Notes: a model not told the origin generated them from the sequence alone. Counted from the first letter of the stretch, positions 46,469-58,154 are shown. The stretch is DNA of 64,000 nucleotides from Hyalangium minutum (GCF_000737315.1 NZ_JMCB01000012.1:1-64000); one strand, 5' to 3'. Numbers and translations: made by a program.

Positions 46469-48384
46469 TGATTCGAGCCGGCGTCCTCGTCCTCCAGCTC
46501 TTCACGGCGCAGACTCCGGCGCCGGCCACCTCTGCCCCGGAGGCTCCGGCCACCGAGGCCCAGGCGCTGCCACCGGATGTGGACGCGCTCTACAAGCTGG
46601 GCGTGGCGTTCCTCAACCAGGGCCAGCCGAAGAAGGCCGCTCCACCGCTGAAGAAGCTGCTGGAGAAGGCCCCCGAAGTCATCGCCGCCCGCGTGGCGCT
46701 GGCTCGGGCGCTGCGCCTGTCCGGCGACACGGAGGAGGCACGCACGCTGCTGGACGGCTCCATCGCCATGTATCCGGAGGAGTCCACGCTGCGGGCCGAG
46801 CGCGGCCTGCTGGCCCGGGTGCTGGAGGAGAATGACGTGGCCATCAGCCAGTACTCGGTGGCCGCCGAGCTGTCTCCGAAGGACGCGGAGCTGCAGTTCA
46901 ACCTGGGCGAGGCGCTCCAGCGCGCGGGCCGCACCGAGGACGCCCTCGCTGCCTACGAGGATGCGCTCAAGCTGGATCCGAAGCTCACGGTGGCTCGGGT
47001 GAACATGGCCAAGGCCCAGGCCGACAAGGGCCTGCTGGGCGAGGCCAAGGAGACGATGAAGGAAGCCATCCAGCTCGCGCCGAATGACGCCGAGGCTCAC
47101 TACAACCTGGGCGTGCTGCTGATGCGGGAGAACAACCTCCCCGAGGCCATGTCCAAGTACCAGGACGCGCTGAAGATCAACCCGAAGCACGCCCTGGCGC
47201 ACAACAACATGGGTGTGGTGTACGACGGGCTCGGCCAGCACCAGAAGGCCACCGAGGCTTTCAAGAAGGCCATCGCCGCGGACCCCAAGTACGCGGAGGC
47301 GCACTTCAACCTGGGCCTGGCGTACTTCTGGCTCGGCGAGCAGGTGCTGGCAACGAAGTCCTTCGAGAAGGCGCTCACGCTGGAGCCGCGGCGCTCCAGC
47401 GGCCCGTACACGCAGCTGGGCCACCTCTATCTGCAGCAGGGCAAGAAGGACCGCGCGGTGGAGGCCTTCAAGAAGGCCATCGAGGCCAGCGCCGAGGACG
47501 GCAAGAAGACCACCGAGGCCTACCAGGGCCTGGCCCGCGCGTACCTCGCGCAGGGCAAGGTGGACGACGCGGTGGCCACGCTAAAGAAGGTGGTGGATGA
47601 CTTCCCCAAGGACGCCAGCGCTCGCGAGGCCTACGGCGATGCGCTCAAGGCCAAGGGAGACCTGGACGGCGCCATCGCCCAGTACGAGGAGGGCGTGTCG
47701 CTCTCGCCGACGACGGAGCTGCGCCTGGCGCTGGCGAATGCGTATGCGCGCAAGCGCGTGGGCGCCAAGGCCCAGCCGCTCCTGGAGTCCATCCTCAAGG
47801 AAGAGCCCGGCCATCGCACCGCGAAGCTGGAGCTGGCGGACCTGTACCTCGCCATGGGCCGCTACGTGGAGGTGGAGGAGCTGCTCAAGGCGAAAGACGG
47901 CGACACCGCGGACTCGGGCGCGCTGGCGCGGCTGGGTATCATGCACTCGCGCCTCGGGCGCCCGGACAAGGCACTGGAGCTTCTGGAGCAGGCCGTGAAG
48001 CGCGACCCGGCACAGCTCGACGCCCGGGCGGAGCTGGGTCAGCTCTACCTGCGCGGCGGCGACACGGACAAGGCGGTGCGAGAGCTGGGGAACGTGCTGG
48101 CCATCGAGCCGCGCCACCCCATGGCACTGCTCTACACGGGCCAGGCGCTGTACCGGCTCGGCAAGGCGAAGGAGGCCGAGCAGTCCTTCCGCGCCGCGGC
48201 CCAGGTGGATCCGAACTTCGCCGAGCCGCACAACGCGCTCGGGCAGTTGCTCGAGGCCGCCAAGCGCACGGACGAGGCGAAGGCGGAGTACGCCAAGACC
48301 GTGGAGCTCCAGTCCAACCACGAGGACGCGAAGGCCGCCCTCAAGCGGCTGGGCGGAAACGTGGCGGCCTCGCCGAAGCCCTGA
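46465..48384 (+). CDS. secreted multi-TPR protein
   Basis: Many canonical TPRs (AEAHYNLG, ALAHNNMG, AEAHFNLG). Confidence 0.92.
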   Translation: MMIRAGVLVLQLFTAQTPAPATSAPEAPATEAQALPPDVDALYKLGVAFLNQGQPKKAAPPLKKLLEKAPEVIAARVALARALRLSGDTEEARTLLDGSIAMYPEESTLRAERGLLARVLEENDVAISQYSVAAELSPKDAELQFNLGEALQRAGRTEDALAAYEDALKLDPKLTVARVNMAKAQADKGLLGEAKETMKEAIQLAPNDAEAHYNLGVLLMRENNLPEAMSKYQDALKINPKHALAHNNMGVVYDGLGQHQKATEAFKKAIAADPKYAEAHFNLGLAYFWLGEQVLATKSFEKALTLEPRRSSGPYTQLGHLYLQQGKKDRAVEAFKKAIEASAEDGKKTTEAYQGLARAYLAQGKVDDAVATLKKVVDDFPKDASAREAYGDALKAKGDLDGAIAQYEEGVSLSPTTELRLALANAYARKRVGAKAQPLLESILKEEPGHRTAKLELADLYLAMGRYVEVEELLKAKDGDTADSGALARLGIMHSRLGRPDKALELLEQAVKRDPAQLDARAELGQLYLRGGDTDKAVRELGNVLAIEPRHPMALLYTGQALYRLGKAKEAEQSFRAAAQVDPNFAEPHNALGQLLEAAKRTDEAKAEYAKTVELQSNHEDAKAALKRLGGNVAASPKP

Positions 48385-48385
48385 G

Positions 48386-49237
48386 TTACGCGGGCCAGCC
48401 CAGCAGCACCGCCCCCGCCATCACCAGCACCGCCCCGGAGAGCTGACGCCGCCCAGGGCGCTCGCCCTGGAGCATCGCGAGCCCCAGGGCAAACGCGATG
48501 GACGTGTTGCGCAGCGTCAGCACCGCCCCCGCGCCTCCACCGGCGAGCGCCGTGAGCAGCAGCGCGAAGGACAGCGTGCTCACCGTCCCCGTCGCCAGCA
48601 TCAGCCACGGACTGAGCCGCACCTGCCGGAGCACCGCGGCCCGCTTCTCGCGGCTGGAATGCATGAACAGCAACATGGGCAGTGCCACCCCCAGCCCGAG
48701 CGCGAACAGCGCTGGAGGCTGAGCCCCCGTGCCGAGCGCCTGCTTATAGGACACGTGGTAGCCGGCAATGCACACCGCGCTCGCGGCCGCCCACACCACA
48801 CCGCGCGAGGACGGGCCCGAGGGCCGCACCAGCCCCGTCACCCCCAGCCCCGCCGACAGCACGAGCGCGCCCGCCACGGTGAGTGACGTGAGGGCCTCGC
48901 CCAGCCACAGCACGGACACCGGCCACACCAGCAGCAGCGCTCCGCCGCGCGCCACCGTGTACGCGAGTCCAAGAGGAGCGTTGCTCAGCGAACGCGCGAG
49001 CGAGAACAGGTACAGGCCTTCACACACGCCCGCGCTCAGCCCCCACAGCCACCCCGCCCGCGTGGGGAACGCCTCGCCGCGCAGCCCCAGCGCCCACAGC
49101 GCACCCAGCACCACGTCCACGGTGATGACGCCTACCACGCCCGCCTCGGGATCCTCGTGCCGCTTGAGCAGCGCGTTCCACAGCGCGTGAAAGAACGCGG
49201 ACAACAACACCAACATGAGGACGACAGGCTCCACCAC
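48386..49237 (-). CDS. EamA/DMT family transporter
   Basis: About 10 hydrophobic segments; LSAFFHALWNALLK, LAYTVARG, TLRNTSIAF; start approximate. Confidence 0.88.
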   Translation of the reverse strand: MVEPVVLMLVLLSAFFHALWNALLKRHEDPEAGVVGVITVDVVLGALWALGLRGEAFPTRAGWLWGLSAGVCEGLYLFSLARSLSNAPLGLAYTVARGGALLLVWPVSVLWLGEALTSLTVAGALVLSAGLGVTGLVRPSGPSSRGVVWAAASAVCIAGYHVSYKQALGTGAQPPALFALGLGVALPMLLFMHSSREKRAAVLRQVRLSPWLMLATGTVSTLSFALLLTALAGGGAGAVLTLRNTSIAFALGLAMLQGERPGRRQLSGAVLVMAGAVLLGWPA

Positions 49238-50431
49238 GGCTCCTCGCACAAACAGGGCCCTTCTATCCTCCTCCCCATTTCACGCCACGTGGGCAGCGAT
49301 TTGTTCCCGAGGGAGGCTTGCACGCCGCGCCTTCGAGGCACACCGTGCGAGGGGGGGACGGTGGGCGTTGGCGCCCCGGGCGGCTCGACACGTGAGCCCA
49401 GGACGTCAGGACAAAAAAGTCCGACCCGGTGCGTCGTGAAAAAGCGTCAGCGCGCGTGATTCCTCCGGGGAACCCCACGGGCGCTTCGGCTACACTGGGA
49501 TCCGGGAATACCGGACTAAGCAGGAAAATTATGCCCACGCCCGAAACTCACGGCCCCCGGCTGGATGTCCCAAACCTCGCGGTGCACGCGCTCTGGGGCG
49601 CGTGGTTCGCGGCAGTGCTGACGAACTGGGCCTCCTGGTCCGCGGGGGTCCGCCTGGGAGCCATGGGGTTGGGGTGGGCGGTGATGTTCTGGAACTACGC
49701 GGTGCTGCACAATCACATGCACGTGCCCATCGCGAAGCCACGGCTGCTCAAGTGGCTGGTGTCCCGCACGCTGGGGCTCGCGTGTGGCTTTGCGTACCGC
49801 GGCTATTACAGCCACCACTTCAACCACCATAAATACAACGACGGCCCGGGGGACTGGGGCCGTCCCCGGCCGGGCGAGGGCGCGCTGCACTACTGCGTAC
49901 GCTGGGCGCTCACGCCGTGGTTCTGGCCGTGGACGGTGGTGGGCGACGTGTGGAAGGCCTGCAAGACGCGCGGCCAGAAGCTGGAGCTGATGCTGGACTT
50001 CGCGGTGGTGGATGGGACGCTGCTGGCGCTGCTCGCGTGGCAGCCGTCGCTCGGAGCCTCCCTGTTCGCCATGCTCCTCGTAGGCCAGACGTGCATCCAC
50101 TACCTGAACCTCGCGGCGCACGTGGGCTCGGACTCCACGGACCGCAAGGCATTGGCGGTGACGTCCGCCTCGCCTTTCTACAACCGCTACTTCTTCAACG
50201 CGGGCTACCACCTGGCGCACCACCTGAAGCCGCAGACGCCATGGCGTGCCCTGCCCGCACTCACCGAGGAGCTCCTCCGCCAGGGGCAGCACCAACCCTC
50301 GCTCTTGGCGGAGCCCTCGCCCATTCACCCGTCGTGGATCTCCCGGGTGAGCGCTGTGCGCAAGGCCTTGAGCGCTACCGGGGACACCGACAAACCCTCC
50401 AGCCCGTCCTCTCCGGACCCAGGCGCCTCCG

Positions 50432-51636
<1,205 letters not shown>

Positions 51637-51640
<4 letters not shown>

Positions 51641-52851
51641 GGGGAGGCCCGGGGCGAAGCGGAGGCCGGAGCCACGGGCAGATCGATCACCATCCGCGTG
51701 CCGCGTCCGATGGACTCCTGGACGTGGATCTTCCCTCCCCAGGACTCGACGATCTGTTTGACGACCGGCAGCCCCAGCCCAGTCCCAGCGCCAACGGGCT
51801 TGGTCGTGAAGAAGGGCTCGAAGATGCGGGTGCGCAGCTCGGAGGGAATACCGGGGCCGTTGTCCCGCACCCAGGCCTCGAGCCGTCCCTCGGGACCGGC
51901 CTGGACACCGGCCTCGATGAACGGAGAAGGCGCGTCCACCACGGCGTCGGCGGCGTTGCTGATCAGGTTGAGGAACACCTGCTGGGCGTGCACGGGGTTT
52001 GCGCGGATGCGGCACGGCTGCTGCGGCAGGACGAGGACCACCTGCGCATGCCGGGTGCGGCCCGTGAGGCGCAGCATGTCGCGCACCTCCCGGAGCGTCT
52101 GGCACAGATCGGCTTCCTGGAGCTCCGCGCCCGTGGGACGCGCGATGCGCAGGATGGTGCGAGCCAGCTCGGTGAGGTGGTTCGACACGTGCGTGAGCGC
52201 CTCCCGGTTGGATTGGACATCCGCCCGCGCCTCCGCGCTGCCATCCCGAGGCGCGAACGGGGACTCGAGAGCGCTGCGCAGCACCTGGGCGATGTTGTTC
52301 AGCTCGTGGCTGACGCCCGCGGCGAAGGTGCCCAGCGTGGCCAGCCGATCCGCCTGCAGCACCTGCTGACGCAGCACGTCCACCGTGGCGAGCGCGCTAT
52401 CGCGCTGCGTGGCGAGCAGCTGGTAGTAGGCACGCACCTTGAGCAGGTTGCGGACCCGCGCCCGCAGCTCGGCGCCGTGCACCGGCTTGGGAAGGAAGTC
52501 GTCCGCGCCCGCCTCCAGCCCTCGGACGATGTCCTTGCGCGCATCCAGCGCGGTGACGAGCACGATGGGGATGGAGACCTCCTGCAGCAGCGCGCGCATG
52601 CGGCGGCAGACCTCGAAGCCATCCAGCCCCGGCATCATCACGTCCATCAGCACCAGGTCCGGGATCTCCTCCTCCACGGACGCCAGGGCCTCCTCGCCGC
52701 TCGCGGCGAAGCGCAGCCGGTATCTCAGGGGCGATAACAGGGCCGCCACCGTGCTGCGGCTCGCGGTGTCGTCATCGACAATCAGCACACACGCCGGAGC
52801 TCTCGGGGCGTCCTGAGCCGAGGGCTCCGCGGAGGAAACCGGGTCGGGCAT
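51637..52851 (-). CDS. hybrid response regulator-histidine kinase (REC-HisKA-HATPase)
   Basis: LIVDDD, PDLVLMDVMMPG, AGADDFLPKP; SHELNN; NLISNA; DNGPG; GTGLGL; ATGA overlap with the next gene. Confidence 0.93.
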
Positions 52852-53041
52852 TTTGTCTCGATGTTAACACTTCTAGGAGCAGCGCCGCCTGCAGGGTTGC
52901 ACTCCTCGGGAGTTCACGTCACCACATCCGGCGGCCCCGGAGGCGAATCCATGGAAACAGGCCGATACATGGAAAACAAGCTTTCCAGCAGCCCTCAAAT
53001 CTTTTGTAATAATCACGTTTTTCCTTCAAAGTAACTTTTTG

Positions 53042-54166
53042 ATGAGTGCACTCGAGCGACCCTGGGCCATCAATTGGGATGTGACGTACGCCTGCCCGCT
53101 GCGGTGTACCCACTGTTACTCCGAGTCCGGTCGGCGGGCTTCGCGTCAGCTGAGCCTGGAGGAGATGTACCGGGTAGCGGATGCGCTCATCGCGCTCAAG
53201 CCGCGGACGGTGCAGTTCAGCGGGGGCGAGCCGCTGCTCGTCAAAGGGCTCTTCCCGGTCGCCGAGCGAATCGCCCAGGCGGGCATCGCGGTCATCCTCT
53301 ATACGAGCGGTTGGCTGTTGGACGAGCGGATGGTGCCGGACATCCTGCGCGTCTTCTCTCAGGTGAACGTGAGCGTGGATGGGACGACGGCGAAGGTGCA
53401 CGACACGGTGCGCAGCAAGCCGGGCGCTTTCCAGCGGGCCATGAAGGCGCTCGGGCTGCTGAATGACGCGGTGCGCGAGCAGCGGCAGCGCGGTGAGCGG
53501 GGCCTGAACTTCGGGATCGATTGCGTGGTGGTGCGCAGCAACTTCCACCAGCTGGAGGAGTTCTGCACGGCGATTGCCCCCCGGTTCCCAGAGATGCGGT
53601 TCCTGACGATGGGCGCGGCGGTGCCTTCTGGGCTGGCCAATCGGCCGGGCTTCGCGGACCACGAGCTGCTGACAGATGATCAGCTGTGGCTGCTGGGCTC
53701 GCAGGGCTTCACACGCTACCTGCAGACGCTGGCCCCCTCTTCGGTGCGGGTCACCACCCTGGACGGGCTCGTCCTGCAGATGCACCCGGACCACATCGCC
53801 AGCGGCCGGGCCTTGCGCAGCCTGATGCACGTAGAGCCGGACGGGGCGGTGCGCGGCATGCCCATCTACGAGGGCACCGTCGGCAACCTCTTGGAGGAGC
53901 CTCCGCAGGTGCTGTGGGAGCGCGCGCTGGCGCGGCACCTGGACCCGTTCCTGGCGGAGACGCTGCGGCCGGTGCGGACCATGAAGGAGTGGGCGAAGGC
54001 GGCGCGCCGTATCGATCTGCACTACGGCTCGCCGCAGGACCGGGCCCGGATCTTCCTGCGGCAGAACTACCGCCCCCGTCCCAGCGAGCCGGGAGTCCTC
54101 GGCAAGCTGCGCCCGGGGCCGGCTCCTGGCTGGACCCCCAAGCCCACGCACGCGACCGCGCACTGA
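53042..54166 (+). CDS. radical SAM protein
   Basis: CPLRCTHC (CxxxCxxC), FSGGEP, VSVDG; C-terminal PDG.V...GNL.E..W remnant. Confidence 0.92.
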   Translation: MSALERPWAINWDVTYACPLRCTHCYSESGRRASRQLSLEEMYRVADALIALKPRTVQFSGGEPLLVKGLFPVAERIAQAGIAVILYTSGWLLDERMVPDILRVFSQVNVSVDGTTAKVHDTVRSKPGAFQRAMKALGLLNDAVREQRQRGERGLNFGIDCVVVRSNFHQLEEFCTAIAPRFPEMRFLTMGAAVPSGLANRPGFADHELLTDDQLWLLGSQGFTRYLQTLAPSSVRVTTLDGLVLQMHPDHIASGRALRSLMHVEPDGAVRGMPIYEGTVGNLLEEPPQVLWERALARHLDPFLAETLRPVRTMKEWAKAARRIDLHYGSPQDRARIFLRQNYRPRPSEPGVLGKLRPGPAPGWTPKPTHATAH

Positions 54167-54189
54167 GGGGCTGCCCTCCAGGGCGCTCG

Positions 54190-56355
54190 CTACTGCACGG
54201 GCAGGATGACGGTGACGTGGGTCCCCACGCCGGGCTGGCTCTCCACGCGCAGGTTGCCGCCCAGGCTGGTGACGATGGCGTGGCTCACGGACAGCCCCAT
54301 GCCCATGCTGTTGGCGCGCGTGGTGAAGAAGGGCTCGAAGAGGCGCGCCATCACCTCGGGCTTCATCCCCTCGCCGGTGTCCTGGATCTCCACCACCACC
54401 TCTCCCGCCGGACTGGTGCGGGTGGCCACGCGCAGCACGTTGCGCGCCGCGTCCCGATCGGACATGGCCTGCACGGCGTTGAGCATCAGGTTGAGGAACA
54501 CCTGCCCCAGCCGGGCCTCGTCCGCCTCCACCAGCGGCACGGGCTGGAAGTCCTTCTCCAGCCGGGCGCGGTGGCGCAGTTCGTTGCGCAGCGCCTGCAA
54601 GGCGTCCTCCAGCACCTGGTGCACGTTCACCCAGGCCCGGTGCGTGGGCGGCTCGCGCACCAGCAGGTGGAGATCATGAACGATGAGGCGCAGCCGCTCC
54701 GCGCCCTCCCGGGACTCGCCGAGCGCCTCGAGCACCTCGTCGAACTCGTCCAGCAGCTTGTCGTTCTTTTGGACGCGCAGCGCCTGCCGGAGCCGGGTGA
54801 TCTCCTCGCGCGCGAAGGAGAGGTTGGCCATCAGGTAGGCGAGCGGGTTGTTCATCTCGTGGCCCACGCGCGCGGCGAGCGAGCCCAGGGCGGCCATGCG
54901 GTCGGCGTGGAGCAGGCGCGTCTCCATCAGCTTGCGCGTGGTGACGTTCTTGGCAAACACGCGGATGACGCCCGCCTCCTGCAGCGAGGAGATCGCCAGC
55001 TCCCAGTGGTGGTGGGAGATCTCCACCACCAGGGGCCCCGTGGAGTCCTCGCCCTTCTTCAGCGCGGCGAGCGCGGCCGACACCAGCGGGTGGCGTGAGC
55101 CGAGCACCAGCAGATCCGGGAACGCGGTGTGCGCGGCCGGGTTCGCGTAGTGCAGCGCTCCATCCTGCCCGAGCTCCAGCATCGGCTCGGGATGAAGGAG
55201 TGGGAAGGAGGCCAGGCGATAGAGCTCCGTCTCCAAGGAGTGCTGCTCGGTGATGTCGCGCACCAGCAGGGCAGTGCCGGGCGAGGGCTGGCCGGGGGGC
55301 GCTGGCTGAGGGGTGGCCTCGGCGGCGTAGAGCCGCATCTGCCCGTCCACCTCGAGGCGGTACTCGGCGCGGCCGCCGATGCCGTGGTGCCGCGCGGCGC
55401 GGGCGAGCGCCTCCAGGGGTGCCCCTGCTTCAGGGGGCAGCACATCCGTCAGCGTCTGGCCCTCCTTGCCACGCACGTCCTGGCCGAAGACGAGCCCCGG
55501 AGAGGAGCACACGCTCAGGCTCTTCTCCTCGTGATCCAGCTCCACTGCGAGGTACTCGGCGCGCCGGATGGGCGAGGCGGGAAGCCGCTGGCCCTGGGCC
55601 TCGGGCGCCAGGGCGAAGCCGTCGATCTCGAACAGGCCGAGCAGCGGCGCCATGCCCCGGCCATCGGCGGTCATCGAGGTGAGGGCGGAGGCCATGGCGT
55701 CGGCATCCGCCTTGGACAGCCGGCGGGTGAGGATGATCCCATCCGAGAGGGTGGGCTCGGTGAAAGTGAAGGGCGTGAGCCGGTGCTCGGAGGCACCCAC
55801 GCGCTGGGCCAGCCCCGCGCGCACCGTCACTTCATCGGGGTGCGTGGTGAACAGGGAAGCGACCTCGGCCTGGCCCTTGAGGACGGCGAGCAGCGCGTTG
55901 CGGTAGCTGCCCACGAAGCGCTGCTCGGCGAAGAGCGTGTCGGGATTCAGCCCCTGGGACTCCAGGTGGCGCTTGGCCAGCAGGTAGCCGCCGGTGGACA
56001 GCGGAGCCACCCACGCGGCGCGAGTGCCCTGCAGCGTCTTCAACGTGACGGGCCGGTCCCACCGGCAGATGAGGGCGGCGTGGTACTGCCAGCGCCCGGA
56101 GCGCACGGCGCGCAGCACGGCGTGGGACTGGGGCTCGAAAGCATTGCACTGCTCGGCGGTGCCCCAGGCCATGTCCACGCGGCCTGCGGCCAGCTCCTGC
56201 TCCACCATCTCGTAGGTGCGCGCCAGCTCCACCACGATGGGGCGCCCGGCGCGCTGCGAGAGCAGCCGGCCGAAGAACTCCACCCGGACGTGCTCCCGGA
56301 TCTCTCCTATCGCGGGGTAGATGAGAAAGCGGATGGGGGCGCTCAGCGATGACAA
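54190..56355 (-). CDS. histidine kinase with N-terminal PhnD/phosphonate-binding-like domain and PAS-like domains
   Basis: LAAGRVDMAW...Y.A.LI...AAWV.PLSTGGYL...GSYRNALLAVLKGQAEVA; GHEMNNPLAY; NLMLNA; DTGEG; FEPFFTT; GMGLS. Confidence 0.88.
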   Translation of the reverse strand: MSSLSAPIRFLIYPAIGEIREHVRVEFFGRLLSQRAGRPIVVELARTYEMVEQELAAGRVDMAWGTAEQCNAFEPQSHAVLRAVRSGRWQYHAALICRWDRPVTLKTLQGTRAAWVAPLSTGGYLLAKRHLESQGLNPDTLFAEQRFVGSYRNALLAVLKGQAEVASLFTTHPDEVTVRAGLAQRVGASEHRLTPFTFTEPTLSDGIILTRRLSKADADAMASALTSMTADGRGMAPLLGLFEIDGFALAPEAQGQRLPASPIRRAEYLAVELDHEEKSLSVCSSPGLVFGQDVRGKEGQTLTDVLPPEAGAPLEALARAARHHGIGGRAEYRLEVDGQMRLYAAEATPQPAPPGQPSPGTALLVRDITEQHSLETELYRLASFPLLHPEPMLELGQDGALHYANPAAHTAFPDLLVLGSRHPLVSAALAALKKGEDSTGPLVVEISHHHWELAISSLQEAGVIRVFAKNVTTRKLMETRLLHADRMAALGSLAARVGHEMNNPLAYLMANLSFAREEITRLRQALRVQKNDKLLDEFDEVLEALGESREGAERLRLIVHDLHLLVREPPTHRAWVNVHQVLEDALQALRNELRHRARLEKDFQPVPLVEADEARLGQVFLNLMLNAVQAMSDRDAARNVLRVATRTSPAGEVVVEIQDTGEGMKPEVMARLFEPFFTTRANSMGMGLSVSHAIVTSLGGNLRVESQPGVGTHVTVILPVQ

Positions 56356-56583
56356 ACCGTTCTCCTACCCCACGGACACCAGCAGATTGCCAAGGATCGG
56401 AGCATGCCGAACGCTCCATCGCCACAACGCTGGATCTCCAATCCACGCGCGGCCTGGAGCCTTCACCTCCAGCGTAAAGTCTTGAGGCTGGTGGAGAAAT
56501 ACGGCGGCGCGTGCGGCGAACGGTCTCACTTTTCAAGAGGGATTCGCATGACTGGGGCGATGATCACCCAGCCGCTTGTGTGT

Positions 56584-57228
56584 TCAGTGGATCTTCGGGG
56601 GGCGAGGGCCCGCCTCGCGGGGCGCACGGGGCTTGGGCGTCACCATGCGGGCGATGCCGTAGAAGAGCTGGTCCTCGGTGTAGACCTTGCGCACGCGCAC
56701 GCGAGAGGCGCCAGGGATGTACGCGTGGCCGGGACGCTCCAGCCACTGCAGCACGCGCACCTCGCCGCGGTAGGCGAAGGCGGCCTTCAGCTCGCGGGGA
56801 CACACCTTGAGGTAGCGCCGCACGATGGGGCGCAGGCGCCGGGCGAAGTCGCGGCCGAGCACGTCATGCCGCCGCCCCGAGTGCAGCGTGCCGTCGAAGC
56901 GGCGCGAGCAGTGGAACAGCTCGTGGATGACCGTCTCGATACGGGCGCGGGCAGTGGAGCCCCGGAAGAAGAGGGGGCGCAGGGTGATGCAGTAGAGCAT
57001 CCGCCGGCCGCGGATGCGGACGATGGGCTTGCGGCGGCCGGTGCGGTCGATGCTCTTGCCCCCGCGGAAGCACAAGGGCTTCACGGTGCCTCGGGAGGTG
57101 CGGCGGGCTTCGCCAGCGACGACGAGGACGCGGCTGGCCTTCACGTGGCCGAACTCCGGCATCTGGGCGGCGATGTCGCGGATGAGGGCGCGGAGCGCCT
57201 TGTTGAAGTTGGGGCGGCGTGGGGCCAC
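56584..57228 (-). CDS. putative HExxH metallopeptidase, highly basic
   Basis: YCITLRPLFF...RIETVIHELFHC; probable GTG start at 57228. Confidence 0.7.
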   Translation of the reverse strand: MAPRRPNFNKALRALIRDIAAQMPEFGHVKASRVLVVAGEARRTSRGTVKPLCFRGGKSIDRTGRRKPIVRIRGRRMLYCITLRPLFFRGSTARARIETVIHELFHCSRRFDGTLHSGRRHDVLGRDFARRLRPIVRRYLKVCPRELKAAFAYRGEVRVLQWLERPGHAYIPGASRVRVRKVYTEDQLFYGIARMVTPKPRAPREAGPRPPKIH

Positions 57229-57294
57229 GAGTGGTGGACACTCTAGCGGAAAACCCCTTGGGAGCAGCCGGTGAGGTGCCCACAATGTTGTCCT

Positions 57295-58128
57295 GTGAAG
57301 CCCACTGCCCTTTCCCAGACCTTCGTCTCCGCGCTGGCCGCCCTGTGGCTCGGGTGTGCCTCGGCGCCTTCCAAGCCCTCCAGCCCGCCAACCCTGGCGC
57401 TCCAGGAAGCCACCGTGCCGTCGCAGAACCTCACGGAGGCCACGGTGAGCTACGCCGGCCAGGTGGTGAGCCCCGTGCCCGGGGTCCTGGAGAAAGCGGA
57501 TTATGAGCTCGTCTCCGAGGGGCAGGTGGTGAAGACGGGCTCGGCCGCGCTGAACGTGCCGCTGACGGCGAACCAGCCCACCGCTTTCTCCTTCCAGGAG
57601 CGCGCTCCGTACGTGCGCGGCCCGGAGGACCTGAAGGCGCTGAGCGACAAGGGTGGGACCATGCTGTTGGCCTTGCGCGGAACACTCACGGTGCGCTCGG
57701 GGCAGGACGTGCAGACGCTGCCGTTCGCCGCCTCGCGGGCGGTGCGCGTGCCGCGGCTGCCACAGGTGAGCATCGAGAGCCTGGACGCGGCGCGCTACTC
57801 GAACACGGAGGTGAACATGACCTTCCGTGTAGGCGTGAAGAACCCCAACCCCTTCCCGCTGCGGCTGGACCAGGTGAACTACACGCTGCGGGTGGGGGGC
57901 AAGCAGCTCGGCGAGGGTACGCTGGCGAAGGCGGACACGGTGGATGCATCCGCCACGGGCGTGTACCCGCTGGAGGCCTCGGTGACGTCCGAGACGTGGG
58001 GCCCGGACGTGAAGGCGCTCATCTCCAAGGGCGTGCTGCCCTACACGCTGCAGGGCGAGCTGGCGGGCCCTCTGTTGAAGGTGCCCTACTCGCTCGACGG
58101 GAACGTGAAGCTCAACGTCTCCAAGTAG
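57295..58128 (+). CDS. LEA type 2 (WHy) domain lipoprotein
   Basis: Lipobox LWLG-C; VKNPNPFPLRLDQVNYTLRVGGKQLGEG; start approximate. Confidence 0.85.
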   Translation: MKPTALSQTFVSALAALWLGCASAPSKPSSPPTLALQEATVPSQNLTEATVSYAGQVVSPVPGVLEKADYELVSEGQVVKTGSAALNVPLTANQPTAFSFQERAPYVRGPEDLKALSDKGGTMLLALRGTLTVRSGQDVQTLPFAASRAVRVPRLPQVSIESLDAARYSNTEVNMTFRVGVKNPNPFPLRLDQVNYTLRVGGKQLGEGTLAKADTVDASATGVYPLEASVTSETWGPDVKALISKGVLPYTLQGELAGPLLKVPYSLDGNVKLNVSK

Positions 58129-58154
58129 GGCCCGGCTCCCGGTAGGCTGTCGCC

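Noticed and set aside
46465-48384. Treating this TPR protein as another T3SS chaperone
   Set aside because: Much longer, has an N-terminal export-like segment and belongs to the Glt-like operon; lacks the short SycD layout.
51641-52105. Extension of the PAS kinase ORF to 557 aa
   Set aside because: Overlaps the hybrid kinase in another frame; ATG 51640 gives the usual ATGA coupling.
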